A stretch of 64,000 bases of DNA from Bacteroidota bacterium (GCA_040388375.1 JAZKBU010000005.1:352395-416394); one strand, 5' to 3'. Positions 19,187 through 29,640 are shown, counted from the first letter of the stretch. The notes: generated by a model not told the origin, from the sequence alone. Translations and numbers: made by a program.

Positions 19187-21001
19187 TTAATCTACGATAC
19201 CATAAGTAATAGAAACACTTGTTAATGGAGTATTTACAAATAACTCATCAGCCGTTTCCCTATCAATTCGCAGTATTACATCTTTTTCTTCTTTTTCAGA
19301 TAATGTGCCGGTAACGCGCACATATATTTTTTTAAAGTTATCTAAATTAGTAACTAAAAGTAATGTTCCTGCCGGGGCTGTTTTATGTAGTATACCTGTA
19401 AAAATTGGATTGTCAGTTAAAATACATAAACCTCTTTCTTGTACGGCCAATATTTTATTTGATTTATCATTTTGTTTAATTTGGGTTTTTTGATCAGGCG
19501 TAATTGAGTTAAGCGCTAAATATGGTTTAGCAGCTCTTTTAGCATTTACAATTAAATCTTGCCCAACTCTTACTCTTTCTTGGTATAAGTTATTCCAGTT
19601 GGCGATATCGCTGGGTGCTATTTTATATTTTCTAGCTATACTTTCTAGGGTTTCTCCTTTTACAACCACATGCGTATAGTTTTCTTTTGTTTCTCCATCG
19701 GAAGCATTGGCATGTACATCTTTTATATTAATGTCTTTAATATTATCGGCAATTGTTTTCCTGGCACTGTCTTCTAACCTGTCGTTAGCAGGTACTATTA
19801 CATCTCCCCATTTAAAACTTGGATCGTATGGTTTTTGCTCGGTGCTTGCAATAATTTGTTCTGCTTTTCCTGTTTTTGGATTTTTTGTTTTTTTAACTTT
19901 AGCTTGTTTAGGCTGTTTTTCTTGCTTGTCTTCTTTCTCCTCTTGAATAGGTTTAGGTTGTTTTATTTTACTGGTTTTGGCTACGGCAGTATTTTTTGTT
20001 TTTTGCCCGTAAGTTAAACCGGTTAGTTTCTTTAAAACCTCTTTGCTTGTAGGTATTAATAATATTTGCCCAGTTGTAACTTTTGTTGAAGTTAAACCAT
20101 TAACAGCCAAAATACGGGCATTTGTTGAGTAATTTGTTTTCGAAATTCTGGTCAAATCTTCTCCGCTTATTACCCGGTGTTTAATATATAATTTACCTGC
20201 TTTTTTTACTACAATATAATCACCTAATCTTGATTCACCAGGTTCTAATCCTTCATCTACTACTTGTTCTTCCTCGTCAATAACAACTGGTTCTGCAGCT
20301 ATTTGCTCTTTCATCACCACAGGTTCTTCCACTTTGGTTGTTGTAATCAATGTTGAATCAATAGCCGTTTTATCCGTGGTATCTACTGCATTTGTGGTTT
20401 CTTCAAAAGCTACTACTTGTTCTCTTCTTACCGGTATTTTTATGATTTTACCAACCTCAAGCTGTGGGTTTGCATTTGGGTTGAATTCCAATATTTCCGC
20501 AGGTGTACAGTAATAATGTTTGGCTACATCTTTTAAATTATCGTTTTTACCAATTCTGTATACTATTAAACTATTTGCGCCTCTGAATTCAGTTCTTAAT
20601 TCTTCTCCGTATACTTTTGCCCTTTCGATTTTAACAGTTTTTTTTGTTTCTTCTCCGGCTTTTGTAACGGTAGTATCTCCGGTGTATGGTAATACAAAAG
20701 AATCGGTATCAGTATTATTTATATTAATATCAGTTGCTTGTTTCTGTGCTTTTTTTTCTGATGGAGGTATGATAATGGTTTTTGCTCCTTTTAAATTTTC
20801 TTTCAACTCAGGGTTAGCAACGTAAAGCGCACTGATGGAAACAGCATATTCATCTGCAATTGATTGCCAGGTATCTGTTGTTTTAACAGTGTATACGGTA
20901 TATGTTTTACCGTCAATAACGCGTGTTTGATTTTGTGCTGTTATACTTGTAATACCAATTACAACAACAATAAAAAATAACAAAAAGTGTTTCATTTTCA
21001 T
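19187..21001 (-). CDS. secreted multi-LysM-domain protein with a lysine-rich low-complexity linker
   Basis: Signal peptide. At least 4 LysM repeats (for example YTVKTTDTWQSIADEYAVSISALYVANP and HVVVKGETLESIARKYKIAPSDIANWNN). A KQPKPIQEEKEDKQEKQPKQAKVKKTKNPKTGK tract. Confidence 0.8.
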   Translation of the reverse strand: MKMKHFLLFFIVVVIGITSITAQNQTRVIDGKTYTVYTVKTTDTWQSIADEYAVSISALYVANPELKENLKGAKTIIIPPSEKKAQKQATDININNTDTDSFVLPYTGDTTVTKAGEETKKTVKIERAKVYGEELRTEFRGANSLIVYRIGKNDNLKDVAKHYYCTPAEILEFNPNANPQLEVGKIIKIPVRREQVVAFEETTNAVDTTDKTAIDSTLITTTKVEEPVVMKEQIAAEPVVIDEEEQVVDEGLEPGESRLGDYIVVKKAGKLYIKHRVISGEDLTRISKTNYSTNARILAVNGLTSTKVTTGQILLIPTSKEVLKKLTGLTYGQKTKNTAVAKTSKIKQPKPIQEEKEDKQEKQPKQAKVKKTKNPKTGKAEQIIASTEQKPYDPSFKWGDVIVPANDRLEDSARKTIADNIKDINIKDVHANASDGETKENYTHVVVKGETLESIARKYKIAPSDIANWNNLYQERVRVGQDLIVNAKRAAKPYLALNSITPDQKTQIKQNDKSNKILAVQERGLCILTDNPIFTGILHKTAPAGTLLLVTNLDNFKKIYVRVTGTLSEKEEKDVILRIDRETADELFVNTPLTSVSITYGIVD

Positions 21002-21098
21002 TTGTATTTAATTGACCAAAAATAAGTAAGATTATGGATTTTTTTCAATAATCTTAAGCTTCTTATAGTCAAAACCTGTGGATTGTCTAGTTTTTAAG

Positions 21099-22139
21099 TT
21101 ACTGACTCAAGATGTTATGGTACAATTGAAGGTACTGATTTGCCATAGCCTTATCGGTATAAAAAGTGTTTAATTTTACCAATGCTTTTTTTGTTTTGTT
21201 ATAGTTTATATCAAGTGTTCCTAAGATGGAAGCCTGTAAACTGGCAGTATTTTCGAGTTCAAAAAAAGTAACCTCATCGTCTGAAAGCAATTCTTTAAAG
21301 CTTTCAATATTGGAGCAAACAATCGGTTTTTCGCATGCTGCTGCTTCCATTAATGAAAGTCCGAACCCTTCTGAACGCGATGGCATAATGAAACTATCGA
21401 ACTGGTGAATATAGGAAGCGCCATTGGGCTTATAGCCTAGAAAAAGTACGCGGTCTTCAACCCCGAGTGTTTTGGCTAAAGTTTGTAAATTGACTTTTTC
21501 TTTACCCTCTCCAACTATCACATAAGCACATGCAGGTAAATGTGGTAGTGCTTTTATTACTTGGTCTAAGCCTTTCCGTTCAGTTAATTGTGCTACAGAA
21601 CCTAGAATTTTGTAATTGGCCTTTAAATGGTTTATTTTATTTAAATCAATAGCATCAATAGTTGAATCAATTTTACTATTAACACCATTATAAATAAAAG
21701 TAGTTTTTCCTTTTAATTGGGTTTTATAGAAAGAAGCCATGTGGCTGTTAATGCAAACTACTTTATCGAATGCTTTAATCAACCTTATCCAAATAGGAGA
21801 GAACAGGGTCGCAATAAATTTATTATAACTGTAATAAAGATTCTGAAAAATATATTGGTGTAATGTAGTGATTAATTTTGGCTGTAGCTTTCTTTTATGC
21901 CACCACACAAAACAATCCGGCCTAAGCATATGACTGTGAATAATATCAAAATCATTTAAACCAAGTGGGCTAAAAAAATTGATACGTGTACAAGGACAAT
22001 TGAATTGGAGCTCCCGTATATCATCAAAATAAAAAACCTCAAAATCTATTTCATGGTGTAATTGACTAACAATATTTTGAGCTACAATGATTGGTCCTGT
22101 ATTGGCCAACGATGGAAGTATAATAGCAACCTTTATCAT
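21099..22139 (-). CDS. glycosyltransferase family 4 (GT-B)
   Basis: C-terminal …FIMPSRSEGFGLSLMEAAACEKPIV… corresponds to the E-x7-E motif region of GT4 enzymes. Confidence 0.8.
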   Translation of the reverse strand: MIKVAIILPSLANTGPIIVAQNIVSQLHHEIDFEVFYFDDIRELQFNCPCTRINFFSPLGLNDFDIIHSHMLRPDCFVWWHKRKLQPKLITTLHQYIFQNLYYSYNKFIATLFSPIWIRLIKAFDKVVCINSHMASFYKTQLKGKTTFIYNGVNSKIDSTIDAIDLNKINHLKANYKILGSVAQLTERKGLDQVIKALPHLPACAYVIVGEGKEKVNLQTLAKTLGVEDRVLFLGYKPNGASYIHQFDSFIMPSRSEGFGLSLMEAAACEKPIVCSNIESFKELLSDDEVTFFELENTASLQASILGTLDINYNKTKKALVKLNTFYTDKAMANQYLQLYHNILSQ

Positions 22140-22142
22140 TTA

Positions 22143-23222
22143 TTAAACCTTGTATAAGAGTTTACTTTTTAGCCAAAATACTCTATTTGTTGCATAATCT
22201 CCTACAAACTTTGAAAACAAAATATTGACATTAGCCACAACCATTACCATACAATTCAGCTTAACCAATAAGTTACCTTTTATAAACGAGGTAAGTATTA
22301 TTTTAAATATGCGTAAGCTTATCCAGTTATTTATTTCTGTTTTTTCTGCTTGTGTAATTGTTTTAGCTTCTTGTTGAAAGTATTTTTGTGCTGTGTTTTT
22401 TAGTGCGTCAATAGCCTTGTTTATTTGCTTTACCGTATAAGTTTTCGTTATTTTTAAATAAATAATCTCATGCAATAAAGACTCTATTTCAATTTGTAAA
22501 ATAGTATGAAGATTTTTTTTCGATAACTGTAATGTATTTTCGCTTTGTGTATTCCTGTTATGGTTTGATACACTGTTAATATTTCTCCGGTACTGATAAA
22601 ATAAGGCTTTTGATGCATCAACCGCTATGTTTAAATTATCAATTAACAGGCGGGAGAATAAGTCGTAATCTTCTATATGTTTAGCCTCATTAGTAAAGTT
22701 ATATTTATACTGTTTAAGTACATCGGTTTTAACAATAAGCCCTGCATGTAATAAAGGACACTCAAACAATGCTACAAATTTAATCGCTTTAGGTAAAGTG
22801 CAATAAAAGTGGTCAACCTTACTGTGGTAATAATCTTGATGGGTAATATAAATAGCTTTTGAGGTCAATAAATCAATATTGGCATTTTGATTTAGCCTGC
22901 TAATTTGTAATTCAATTCTGTTGGTATCAATTAAATCATCTGCATCAAAACGAGCTATGTATTCGCCAGTAGCTAGATTAATACCTTTATTTAACGTTCT
23001 TATCAAACCTAAGTTTGTTTCATTCTGAATTACTTTTACCCTTTTGTCCTTTTCTGCAAATTGTTTTAGAATAGCTAAAGTTTTATCGCTTGAACCATCG
23101 TCAATAGTAAGTACTTCTAAGTTTTTATAGGTTTGATTGATGACACAGTTTAGCGCTTTTGTTAAATACTCCTCTGCATTGTAACAAGGTATTAGGAATG
23201 TTATTTTGGGGTTTAATATCAT
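22143..23222 (-). CDS. glycosyltransferase family 2
   Basis: N-terminal LIPCYNAEEYL…TIDDGSSDKT GT-A motif and DAD (DxD) motif. Confidence 0.8.
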   Translation of the reverse strand: MILNPKITFLIPCYNAEEYLTKALNCVINQTYKNLEVLTIDDGSSDKTLAILKQFAEKDKRVKVIQNETNLGLIRTLNKGINLATGEYIARFDADDLIDTNRIELQISRLNQNANIDLLTSKAIYITHQDYYHSKVDHFYCTLPKAIKFVALFECPLLHAGLIVKTDVLKQYKYNFTNEAKHIEDYDLFSRLLIDNLNIAVDASKALFYQYRRNINSVSNHNRNTQSENTLQLSKKNLHTILQIEIESLLHEIIYLKITKTYTVKQINKAIDALKNTAQKYFQQEAKTITQAEKTEINNWISLRIFKIILTSFIKGNLLVKLNCMVMVVANVNILFSKFVGDYATNRVFWLKSKLLYKV

Positions 23223-24374
23223 TTATAAAAGTGTGTCAGTATGAGTTTGAAGTACTACTTCGTTTTGTTGTTCCAAAATATAAATAATGCAAAGTTGAAC
23301 TAAAAAAAAAGGAAATGCTAGACTAGCAGCTGAAAACCCCATTGTTATTAATGGTAAAACGACATAGAAAGACCTCCATGATGTATTCTTTCCAAGAAAA
23401 TACATATTTATACTGAATAGAAGTAACCCAATTAAACCTGTTTCTATTAATAGGGTTATTATTAAGTTATGAGCACCCATTCCGATGAAACTAGCGGTGT
23501 TACCCATCCCAATTCCAAGTAAAATAGTGTTTAATGATGCACTTTTTAATAATGTTATGGCTAAATCTATTAATATAAATTTAGAATTAAAGCTAGCATC
23601 TCTACTTAAAATTGATAGTAAAATTAAAGAAATAAAAATTAAAATTATTGCCAAAGATATTATCCCAAATATTTGTTTTTTGTTGATGGTTATTGGGAAT
23701 GATATTCTGTTAAATATAACTGAATAGAGTAATAAGGTAATTATTGCGGAGCGTGATGTAGAAAGTATGGTAAGAATAAAAAGCAGTGATTTAATTATCT
23801 TCGCATTTGGGATAATTATGTTTTTTTTGCTTAAATAAACCATAAAAAAGTAAGTTAGACATATTTGAACTCCAACAAAGTTAGCATCTAAGTACATTAT
23901 AGAGTTAAATTTAAACATATAAGCCAATCCTTGCTCTCTTGTATGTCCTGAATACATATTTGTTGAGTACAAAGTTGGGTGACTTAATCTCCAAAAAGCA
24001 TCTGCAATAAATAGAAGAGTATGGAAAATAAGCATGTAATAGATTAAATTTTTGAAACTATTTTTAGAAAGGGAGTTTAAATTTTGATAACAAAAGAAAA
24101 AGAAAAAATACGGTAAAATTAACCCTAAAGTGTTTGGGAATTTGGTATTAGGAATAAGTGATTGTGCGGCAAAACTGAATATGAAAACAAACAAATTAAA
24201 ATAAGCTAATTTATTGTGTTTTATTTCGGGTTTCAATATTTGCTTAAATGCAAAAACTATAATAGCTAATAACAGGAAAAAATAAATAGGGCTATAAGGT
24301 GTTATACCGGCTAAAAACAAACCAGAACCTATTAGTAACAATAAGGAAATAAAATAATCTGCACTAGTTGCCAT
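23223..24374 (-). CDS. polytopic membrane protein, Wzy-type O-antigen polymerase/ligase family
   Basis: 383 aa with about 10 predicted TM helices and one larger loop. It sits inside the polysaccharide locus. Confidence 0.6.
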   Translation of the reverse strand: MATSADYFISLLLLIGSGLFLAGITPYSPIYFFLLLAIIVFAFKQILKPEIKHNKLAYFNLFVFIFSFAAQSLIPNTKFPNTLGLILPYFFFFFCYQNLNSLSKNSFKNLIYYMLIFHTLLFIADAFWRLSHPTLYSTNMYSGHTREQGLAYMFKFNSIMYLDANFVGVQICLTYFFMVYLSKKNIIIPNAKIIKSLLFILTILSTSRSAIITLLLYSVIFNRISFPITINKKQIFGIISLAIILIFISLILLSILSRDASFNSKFILIDLAITLLKSASLNTILLGIGMGNTASFIGMGAHNLIITLLIETGLIGLLLFSINMYFLGKNTSWRSFYVVLPLITMGFSAASLAFPFFLVQLCIIYILEQQNEVVLQTHTDTLL

Positions 24375-25305
24375 ATTTGGAAAACAATTTTATAAATAGC
24401 CAACTACTTGATTTAACAGTTCTTTTAATATTGGTATTTGAAATGTTGAATTTAAAGTAATGTAAAAAGTAATCAGTAAAACTAATTTTAGCATTAAGTA
24501 GTAAGTATAATTCTTTATAATGAAATTCAGAAATAATTTGATTGATTTTCTTTTTCTTGTCTTTACTGTTGTTAGGTATAAAATGTAATTTTATGTCCAT
24601 AACACTTTTTTCAAAAGCAATGAGTTTATTTATGTCTTTACTTTTTGAACCTGACTCATCTAATATTCTATAAACACAAGTTATCTCTTCCATATACTTT
24701 ACTTTCGCTTGTTTTGCGAAAAAAATCCATAATGGTAAGTCCCCAAGTTTCCAGTCTTTATTAAAAGGATCTATTTCGTTTTGATAGCTTATAAATAAAT
24801 CTTTTCTAAAGCAGGTTGTTAACGTACCTATTATATTTCCCTTTGTTAGTAGGTGATTATAAATATTGTCTGTTTTAGGAATATTAACTTTTACTGGTTC
24901 ATATTGTTGTGTATGCTGATGCAATTTTTTATAGTTAGTATGCACTAATCCATAATCAGCATGCGTTTCTAAAAAGGCAACTTGTTTTTGTAATTTCTTT
25001 TTATCAATCCAATAATCATCACCCTCAAAATAGGCTATGTATTTTGAGGAAGGGTAACTTAATAGGTCAATCCAGTTTGTATTGGCACCTACATTCTTTT
25101 CCTGTAAAATAAGTTTTATTTTATCAGGGTACTTTTCTTTATAACCTAAAAGTATTTCTCTTGTATTATCAGTCGAAAAATCATCTGCAATAACAAGTTC
25201 CCATGTATATTCAGTTTCCTGCATTAATACACCCTCAATGGCTTGAGCAATGTATTTTCCATGATTATATGTAATAAGACAAACTGATACTAATGGGGTA
25301 GTCAT
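24364..25305 (-). CDS. glycosyltransferase family 2
   Basis: N-terminal VSVCLITYNHGKYI…VIADDFSTDNT and DDYW motifs. Confidence 0.8.
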   Translation of the reverse strand: MTTPLVSVCLITYNHGKYIAQAIEGVLMQETEYTWELVIADDFSTDNTREILLGYKEKYPDKIKLILQEKNVGANTNWIDLLSYPSSKYIAYFEGDDYWIDKKKLQKQVAFLETHADYGLVHTNYKKLHQHTQQYEPVKVNIPKTDNIYNHLLTKGNIIGTLTTCFRKDLFISYQNEIDPFNKDWKLGDLPLWIFFAKQAKVKYMEEITCVYRILDESGSKSKDINKLIAFEKSVMDIKLHFIPNNSKDKKKKINQIISEFHYKELYLLLNAKISFTDYFLHYFKFNISNTNIKRTVKSSSWLFIKLFSKYGN

Positions 25306-25311
25306 TGTATT

Positions 25312-26055
25312 TTATTTTCCCTTTTCACACATTAAAAAAATACTTGAGCATAAATCAGGGTATTGTTGACCTAACTGGTAGCAACCATCCAAATATTCTT
25401 TTGAAATAATATCAGTATTTAATAATCTATCCCACTGGAAATTGGCTAAAGCTTTAAAGAATATTCCTGAGCGATGAACTACTTTTAACCCTGCGGCTTT
25501 TGCATCTCTTTCCAGTGTATCTAACGAATAGGTAATTCTATGTCCATGTTCAGCCTCGGCCGGAGTTACAGCGCTGTTATGCGTAATTAACCCCATTTTT
25601 ACAGCTATTTGTCTTGAAGGAGCATTGGCATTAGGACATACTAAGAAAAAACGCCCGTTATCAGATAGCCATTCATCGTTAATACGTTTCATTACTTTAA
25701 TAGGATCATCAATATGCTCCAATACATGGGTTAAAACTATATTGTCGTATTTGGTAGGCAGCGTGGCTGTTTCAAACATGGAATTGATAAACTTTACTTT
25801 GTCACCAAATTCTTTTTTTGCTATTTCAATAGCTTCGTCCGATGCTTCCACACATGTAATATCGTCAAAGTGGGGTAAAAATCTTCTGGTAAAATTTCCT
25901 TGAAAACTACCTAATTCTAAAAAGTTACCTTCCTTAAAAAAGGGCTCAAATGATTTTAACATATAAGGGTGCATTACATCCAAGTCAAAACCATAGGTGT
26001 ATTTGCGGCCTTCATTATCTTTAAATTCTTCGTTATAGTTTCTGGTTGTGTTCAT
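25312..26055 (-). CDS. class I SAM-dependent methyltransferase
   Basis: Motif I FLELGSFQG and an acidic post-motif II (…VLTHVLEHIDDP). Confidence 0.75.
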   Translation of the reverse strand: MNTTRNYNEEFKDNEGRKYTYGFDLDVMHPYMLKSFEPFFKEGNFLELGSFQGNFTRRFLPHFDDITCVEASDEAIEIAKKEFGDKVKFINSMFETATLPTKYDNIVLTHVLEHIDDPIKVMKRINDEWLSDNGRFFLVCPNANAPSRQIAVKMGLITHNSAVTPAEAEHGHRITYSLDTLERDAKAAGLKVVHRSGIFFKALANFQWDRLLNTDIISKEYLDGCYQLGQQYPDLCSSIFLMCEKGK

Positions 26056-26061
26056 TTTTAA

Positions 26062-27024
26062 TTAATTATTTTGTTCAAGTTCTGCTAAACCAAATCCGGT
26101 TCTTCCAAATTCATTTCCGTTGTAAAGTAAATAAACTTTACCATTACATTCAAAAATATGCGGATAACACATCATTTCCGAATCCCAATCGTTTTCGCTT
26201 AAATCAATCCCTGCATTTTCATCATCGCGGGTCCAGTTTATCAGGTCGTCAGAATAAGCATACCCCAATTTATAACCACGGCCTTTTACGTTTCTAAAGC
26301 CTGTGGCAAACCTGTAGCAAAAGTACATATGGTAACGATTACCTATTTTAACAACAGTTGGCAATGCCTGGCATTCATCTTCTCCAATTTTATTAGGTAT
26401 AATCAGATTACTGTTTTTATTCCAGTTTATGCCATCTTTTGAAGTAGCCTGTGCAATTTTATATACGCGCGATTCTGTTCCGTCTGTTTCGGCATTGTTT
26501 ATCCATTTTACTCCATAAATATACCACATGTAAAATAGCCCTTCATAAAACTGAACAAAAGCATCACATACTAAAAATGGCTCTTTCAGCGAAGAGGATA
26601 CAATAGGGCCTTTACCATATTTTTCAAAAGTTAAACCTTCATTGTTGCTATATGCTAAACCAATGGAGGTTTCAAGTGAGACAGATTTACGTCTGCTTAA
26701 TCCACTTGTAAAGCCGTAAATTTTACCCTCATGACGTAACACATTCATGGGGAAAATTCCATGCTCATCAAAAGTCCCAAGGCCTCCTAACGGAATAACC
26801 GTATCTTTTGAAATATTGATGATGTTTTTGAAATCTTTATCAAAATCAACAAATGCAATATGTCCTAAGTATTTACCTGTTGGTTCTACCTCGCGGGTAG
26901 TAAAATATATTCTTACAAAATTATCTGATACCAGTACTTGCGGTGATTGGGCAAATTGAACGCAATTATTGGGTAATTGATGTTCTGTCGGATCAAATAT
27001 TTTTCCTAATTTTTTCCATTTCAT
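26062..27024 (-). CDS. five-bladed beta-propeller glycosidase-superfamily protein (GH43/GH32/GH130-like), paralog A
   Basis: 320 aa, no signal peptide. N-terminal W-K-K-L-G…D-P motif with recurring GxxW / WNK blade motifs. It is about 35-40% identical by eye to the adjacent paralog. Confidence 0.5.
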   Translation of the reverse strand: MKWKKLGKIFDPTEHQLPNNCVQFAQSPQVLVSDNFVRIYFTTREVEPTGKYLGHIAFVDFDKDFKNIINISKDTVIPLGGLGTFDEHGIFPMNVLRHEGKIYGFTSGLSRRKSVSLETSIGLAYSNNEGLTFEKYGKGPIVSSSLKEPFLVCDAFVQFYEGLFYMWYIYGVKWINNAETDGTESRVYKIAQATSKDGINWNKNSNLIIPNKIGEDECQALPTVVKIGNRYHMYFCYRFATGFRNVKGRGYKLGYAYSDDLINWTRDDENAGIDLSENDWDSEMMCYPHIFECNGKVYLLYNGNEFGRTGFGLAELEQNN

Positions 27025-27027
27025 AGT

Positions 27028-27987
27028 CTATAAATTCCCCTTTAATTTTGCCAATCCAAAGCCATAACGGCCAACTTCATTACCTATGTATAACATGTAA
27101 ATATTATTATCCAATTCAAAAACATGTGGGTAGGCATTCATTTCTGAATCCCAACCTTCTTCTGAAAGTTCAATCCCCACTTTGCTATCATCCCTAGTCC
27201 AGTTTAATAAATCTGTTGAATATGCATATCCTATTTTTCTAGTTCTAGTTTGCCTGAAAGATGAAGGAACCCAACCGCAAAAAAACATATGGTATTTTCC
27301 ATTGGCATAGAAAACATCAGGGCTTGCCTGTGCCTCGGTTTTATCCCAGCCATCAGGAATTATGTCTTTATTTATTTTATTCCAATTAATGCCATCGTCA
27401 GAAATAGCTAATCTTATTTTATGGCTGATTTCTGGTTTGTTATTTTCTAAGTACCAATTGGCACCGGCTATATAAAAAAGATAATATTTATCGTTGAATT
27501 TTCTGATTTTAGGTCCACTTAAAGTAAATGGTTCTTCCGGTGTATATGGTAAAACAGGTCCTTCGCCCATTCGTTCAAAATGTTCGCCATTATTTTTACT
27601 AACAGCTAATCCTATTCCCACATTAAATGGTACTGATTCACACCTTGTCCAACCTGCGTAATAACCCCACAATTCATCGTTGTTTTTTATAATGGATAGG
27701 GGATAGGTTCCAAACTCATCAAATGTTCCTTTGTTGCCTAAGTTAAGTACCGGTTTTGCTGCAAACCGCTCTATTTTAAATAAGTCTTTTCTATTTAAAT
27801 CAACATAGGTTGTGTAAGTAACATATTGGCCATTTTCATCGCGTTTTGGTCTGCATCCAAAAAACACTCTCACAAAATCATCAAATACCAAAGTACATGG
27901 TGCCTGAGCAAACTCATTCATCCATTCTTTCCTGTTTTCATAATCCAGTGGATTATATATTCTTCCTAATTTTTCCCAACTAAACAT
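27028..27987 (-). CDS. five-bladed beta-propeller glycosidase-superfamily protein, paralog B
   Basis: 319 aa, colinear with paralog A (…DGINWNK…, …LLNWTRDD…, …GFGLA(E/K)L…). Confidence 0.5.
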   Translation of the reverse strand: MFSWEKLGRIYNPLDYENRKEWMNEFAQAPCTLVFDDFVRVFFGCRPKRDENGQYVTYTTYVDLNRKDLFKIERFAAKPVLNLGNKGTFDEFGTYPLSIIKNNDELWGYYAGWTRCESVPFNVGIGLAVSKNNGEHFERMGEGPVLPYTPEEPFTLSGPKIRKFNDKYYLFYIAGANWYLENNKPEISHKIRLAISDDGINWNKINKDIIPDGWDKTEAQASPDVFYANGKYHMFFCGWVPSSFRQTRTRKIGYAYSTDLLNWTRDDSKVGIELSEEGWDSEMNAYPHVFELDNNIYMLYIGNEVGRYGFGLAKLKGNL

Positions 27988-28004
27988 TAATTATTTATTA
28001 TTTT

Positions 28005-28685
28005 TTATGATGGTAGTTTACAAAGATTTCTAGCTCCGGTTTTTAAGGAGCCGTAGTAGTAATCATTAAAGCCTGCTTTATCCATTAATTCAAATACTTT
28101 TTCCATATTGTATTCAACTCTATGTAGGTTAATTGAATTGTTTTCAATAGTAGCAAAAGCTGCCCTTGGGTCTCCGTCTCGCGGTTGTCCAACAGAGCCA
28201 GGATTACAGTAGATTTTATTCTTGAAATTTTGCAAGGTTTGTAAATGGGTGTGTCCTGAAAAAAATATTTCACCTTCTACTTTCGAAAAATACTCCTCGT
28301 TTGGTTCTAGTAAGTACTCATCAATAGGGTCAGCCCAACCACCATGTACCATTTTTATATGGTCTATTTCAAATTGTAACTGAAATGTTTTTACCCAACT
28401 TAAATTTTCTGCTGTTATAACTTTACGTTGATATGCTAAGCAGTCATTAACACTTTTTGATCGCGGACAGTATCCTCCACCGGCCATATACCAATCGTGG
28501 TTACCCATTAATGAAGGTATATTTCTTTTCCTTAACTCATCGCAGCATTCATTTACCTGCGAGTAATAACCAACTACATCACCTAAGCAATATATTTTAG
28601 AAATATTCATTTCATCTATCTTATGCAACACGCTTTTCAGTGCTTCATAATTTCCATGTATATCAGATATGATTGCTATTTTCAT
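28005..28685 (-). CDS. calcineurin-like metallophosphoesterase (YfcE-like)
   Basis: Metal-ligand motifs SDIHGN, GDVVGY, GNHDW and GHTH. Confidence 0.8.
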   Translation of the reverse strand: MKIAIISDIHGNYEALKSVLHKIDEMNISKIYCLGDVVGYYSQVNECCDELRKRNIPSLMGNHDWYMAGGGYCPRSKSVNDCLAYQRKVITAENLSWVKTFQLQFEIDHIKMVHGGWADPIDEYLLEPNEEYFSKVEGEIFFSGHTHLQTLQNFKNKIYCNPGSVGQPRDGDPRAAFATIENNSINLHRVEYNMEKVFELMDKAGFNDYYYGSLKTGARNLCKLPS

Positions 28686-29640
28686 AAAATATAAAATCCT
28701 CAGTATATCTTACTGCTTTTCCTTTTCTTATTAAAGGTTGTAAAGGTAATTTATTTTCTAAATAATATTCAACCGACATTAACGATTCATTGTAGCCAAA
28801 TGCTGTTCTGATAGATGTGGCGGAGGATATGCGGGGGTTTATTTCTAACAATTTAAGTTCACCGTGGTGGTTTCTAAACTGAAAATTGGTAGGGCCTACA
28901 GGTTTAAAAATGGCACAAAGTTCCAGTATTGCTTTTTTAATAGACTCCATTTCAACTACTTCAGCCTTTTCTGTAAAACCATCATTTGATAGTTTCCTCC
29001 TGATAGCCATGTAGGCACAAATGCCTCCTTTACCATCGCAGAATGCAGAAGCAGAATATTCTTCATTGTCAGTTCCAATAAAAGGTTGTACCATTAAATC
29101 GGTACCAATTTTGGATTGATGAATAAGAAAGGTTTCTTTATTATTCACTTTTACTATTCCTTTTGAGCCAAATCCTATCCTAGGTTTTAATAGTAAATTA
29201 GCACCAAATTCTTCAACTATTAACTCGTAATCATTTTCTAAACTTGTAGGAATAGCTGTGCTTACATTGTGTTTTTGTAATTGCTCATAAAAAAGCCATT
29301 TGTCTTTGGTAAATTTTATAAGGTCAGTATTATTTAATAATATTTTTGCCCCGCTTGATTCTATCTCACTAATATGTTCAACCCATTTGTATAAATCGGC
29401 TTCAATGCCTGGTATAATGAATGCAATATTGTGCTTTTTAATAGTATCTGTTAGCCATGTTATATAATTGTTATCGTTTGTTAAAATGGCTTTTTCAAAA
29501 ATATCACAAAATCCTTGAGCTACTGAATCTTCATATATAGTAGTTCCAATTAGCTTTAAATTTTTATTAGCACTTTTAAGCGATTTAAGGATACCATAGC
29601 CTACTATTCCGCTAGCGCCTGAAACAAGTATATTACTCAT
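28663..29640 (-). CDS. ATP-grasp domain protein (carboxylate-amine ligase type)
   Basis: The six-frame ORF extends to 29664. The start at MSNILVSG… (29640) is more likely because it avoids overlap with the upstream gene. Pre-ATP-grasp Rossmann-like N-terminus, then a central ATP-grasp core (…LLKPRIGFGSKGI…ELKLLEINPR…). Confidence 0.7.
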   Translation of the reverse strand: MSNILVSGASGIVGYGILKSLKSANKNLKLIGTTIYEDSVAQGFCDIFEKAILTNDNNYITWLTDTIKKHNIAFIIPGIEADLYKWVEHISEIESSGAKILLNNTDLIKFTKDKWLFYEQLQKHNVSTAIPTSLENDYELIVEEFGANLLLKPRIGFGSKGIVKVNNKETFLIHQSKIGTDLMVQPFIGTDNEEYSASAFCDGKGGICAYMAIRRKLSNDGFTEKAEVVEMESIKKAILELCAIFKPVGPTNFQFRNHHGELKLLEINPRISSATSIRTAFGYNESLMSVEYYLENKLPLQPLIRKGKAVRYTEDFIFYENSNHI

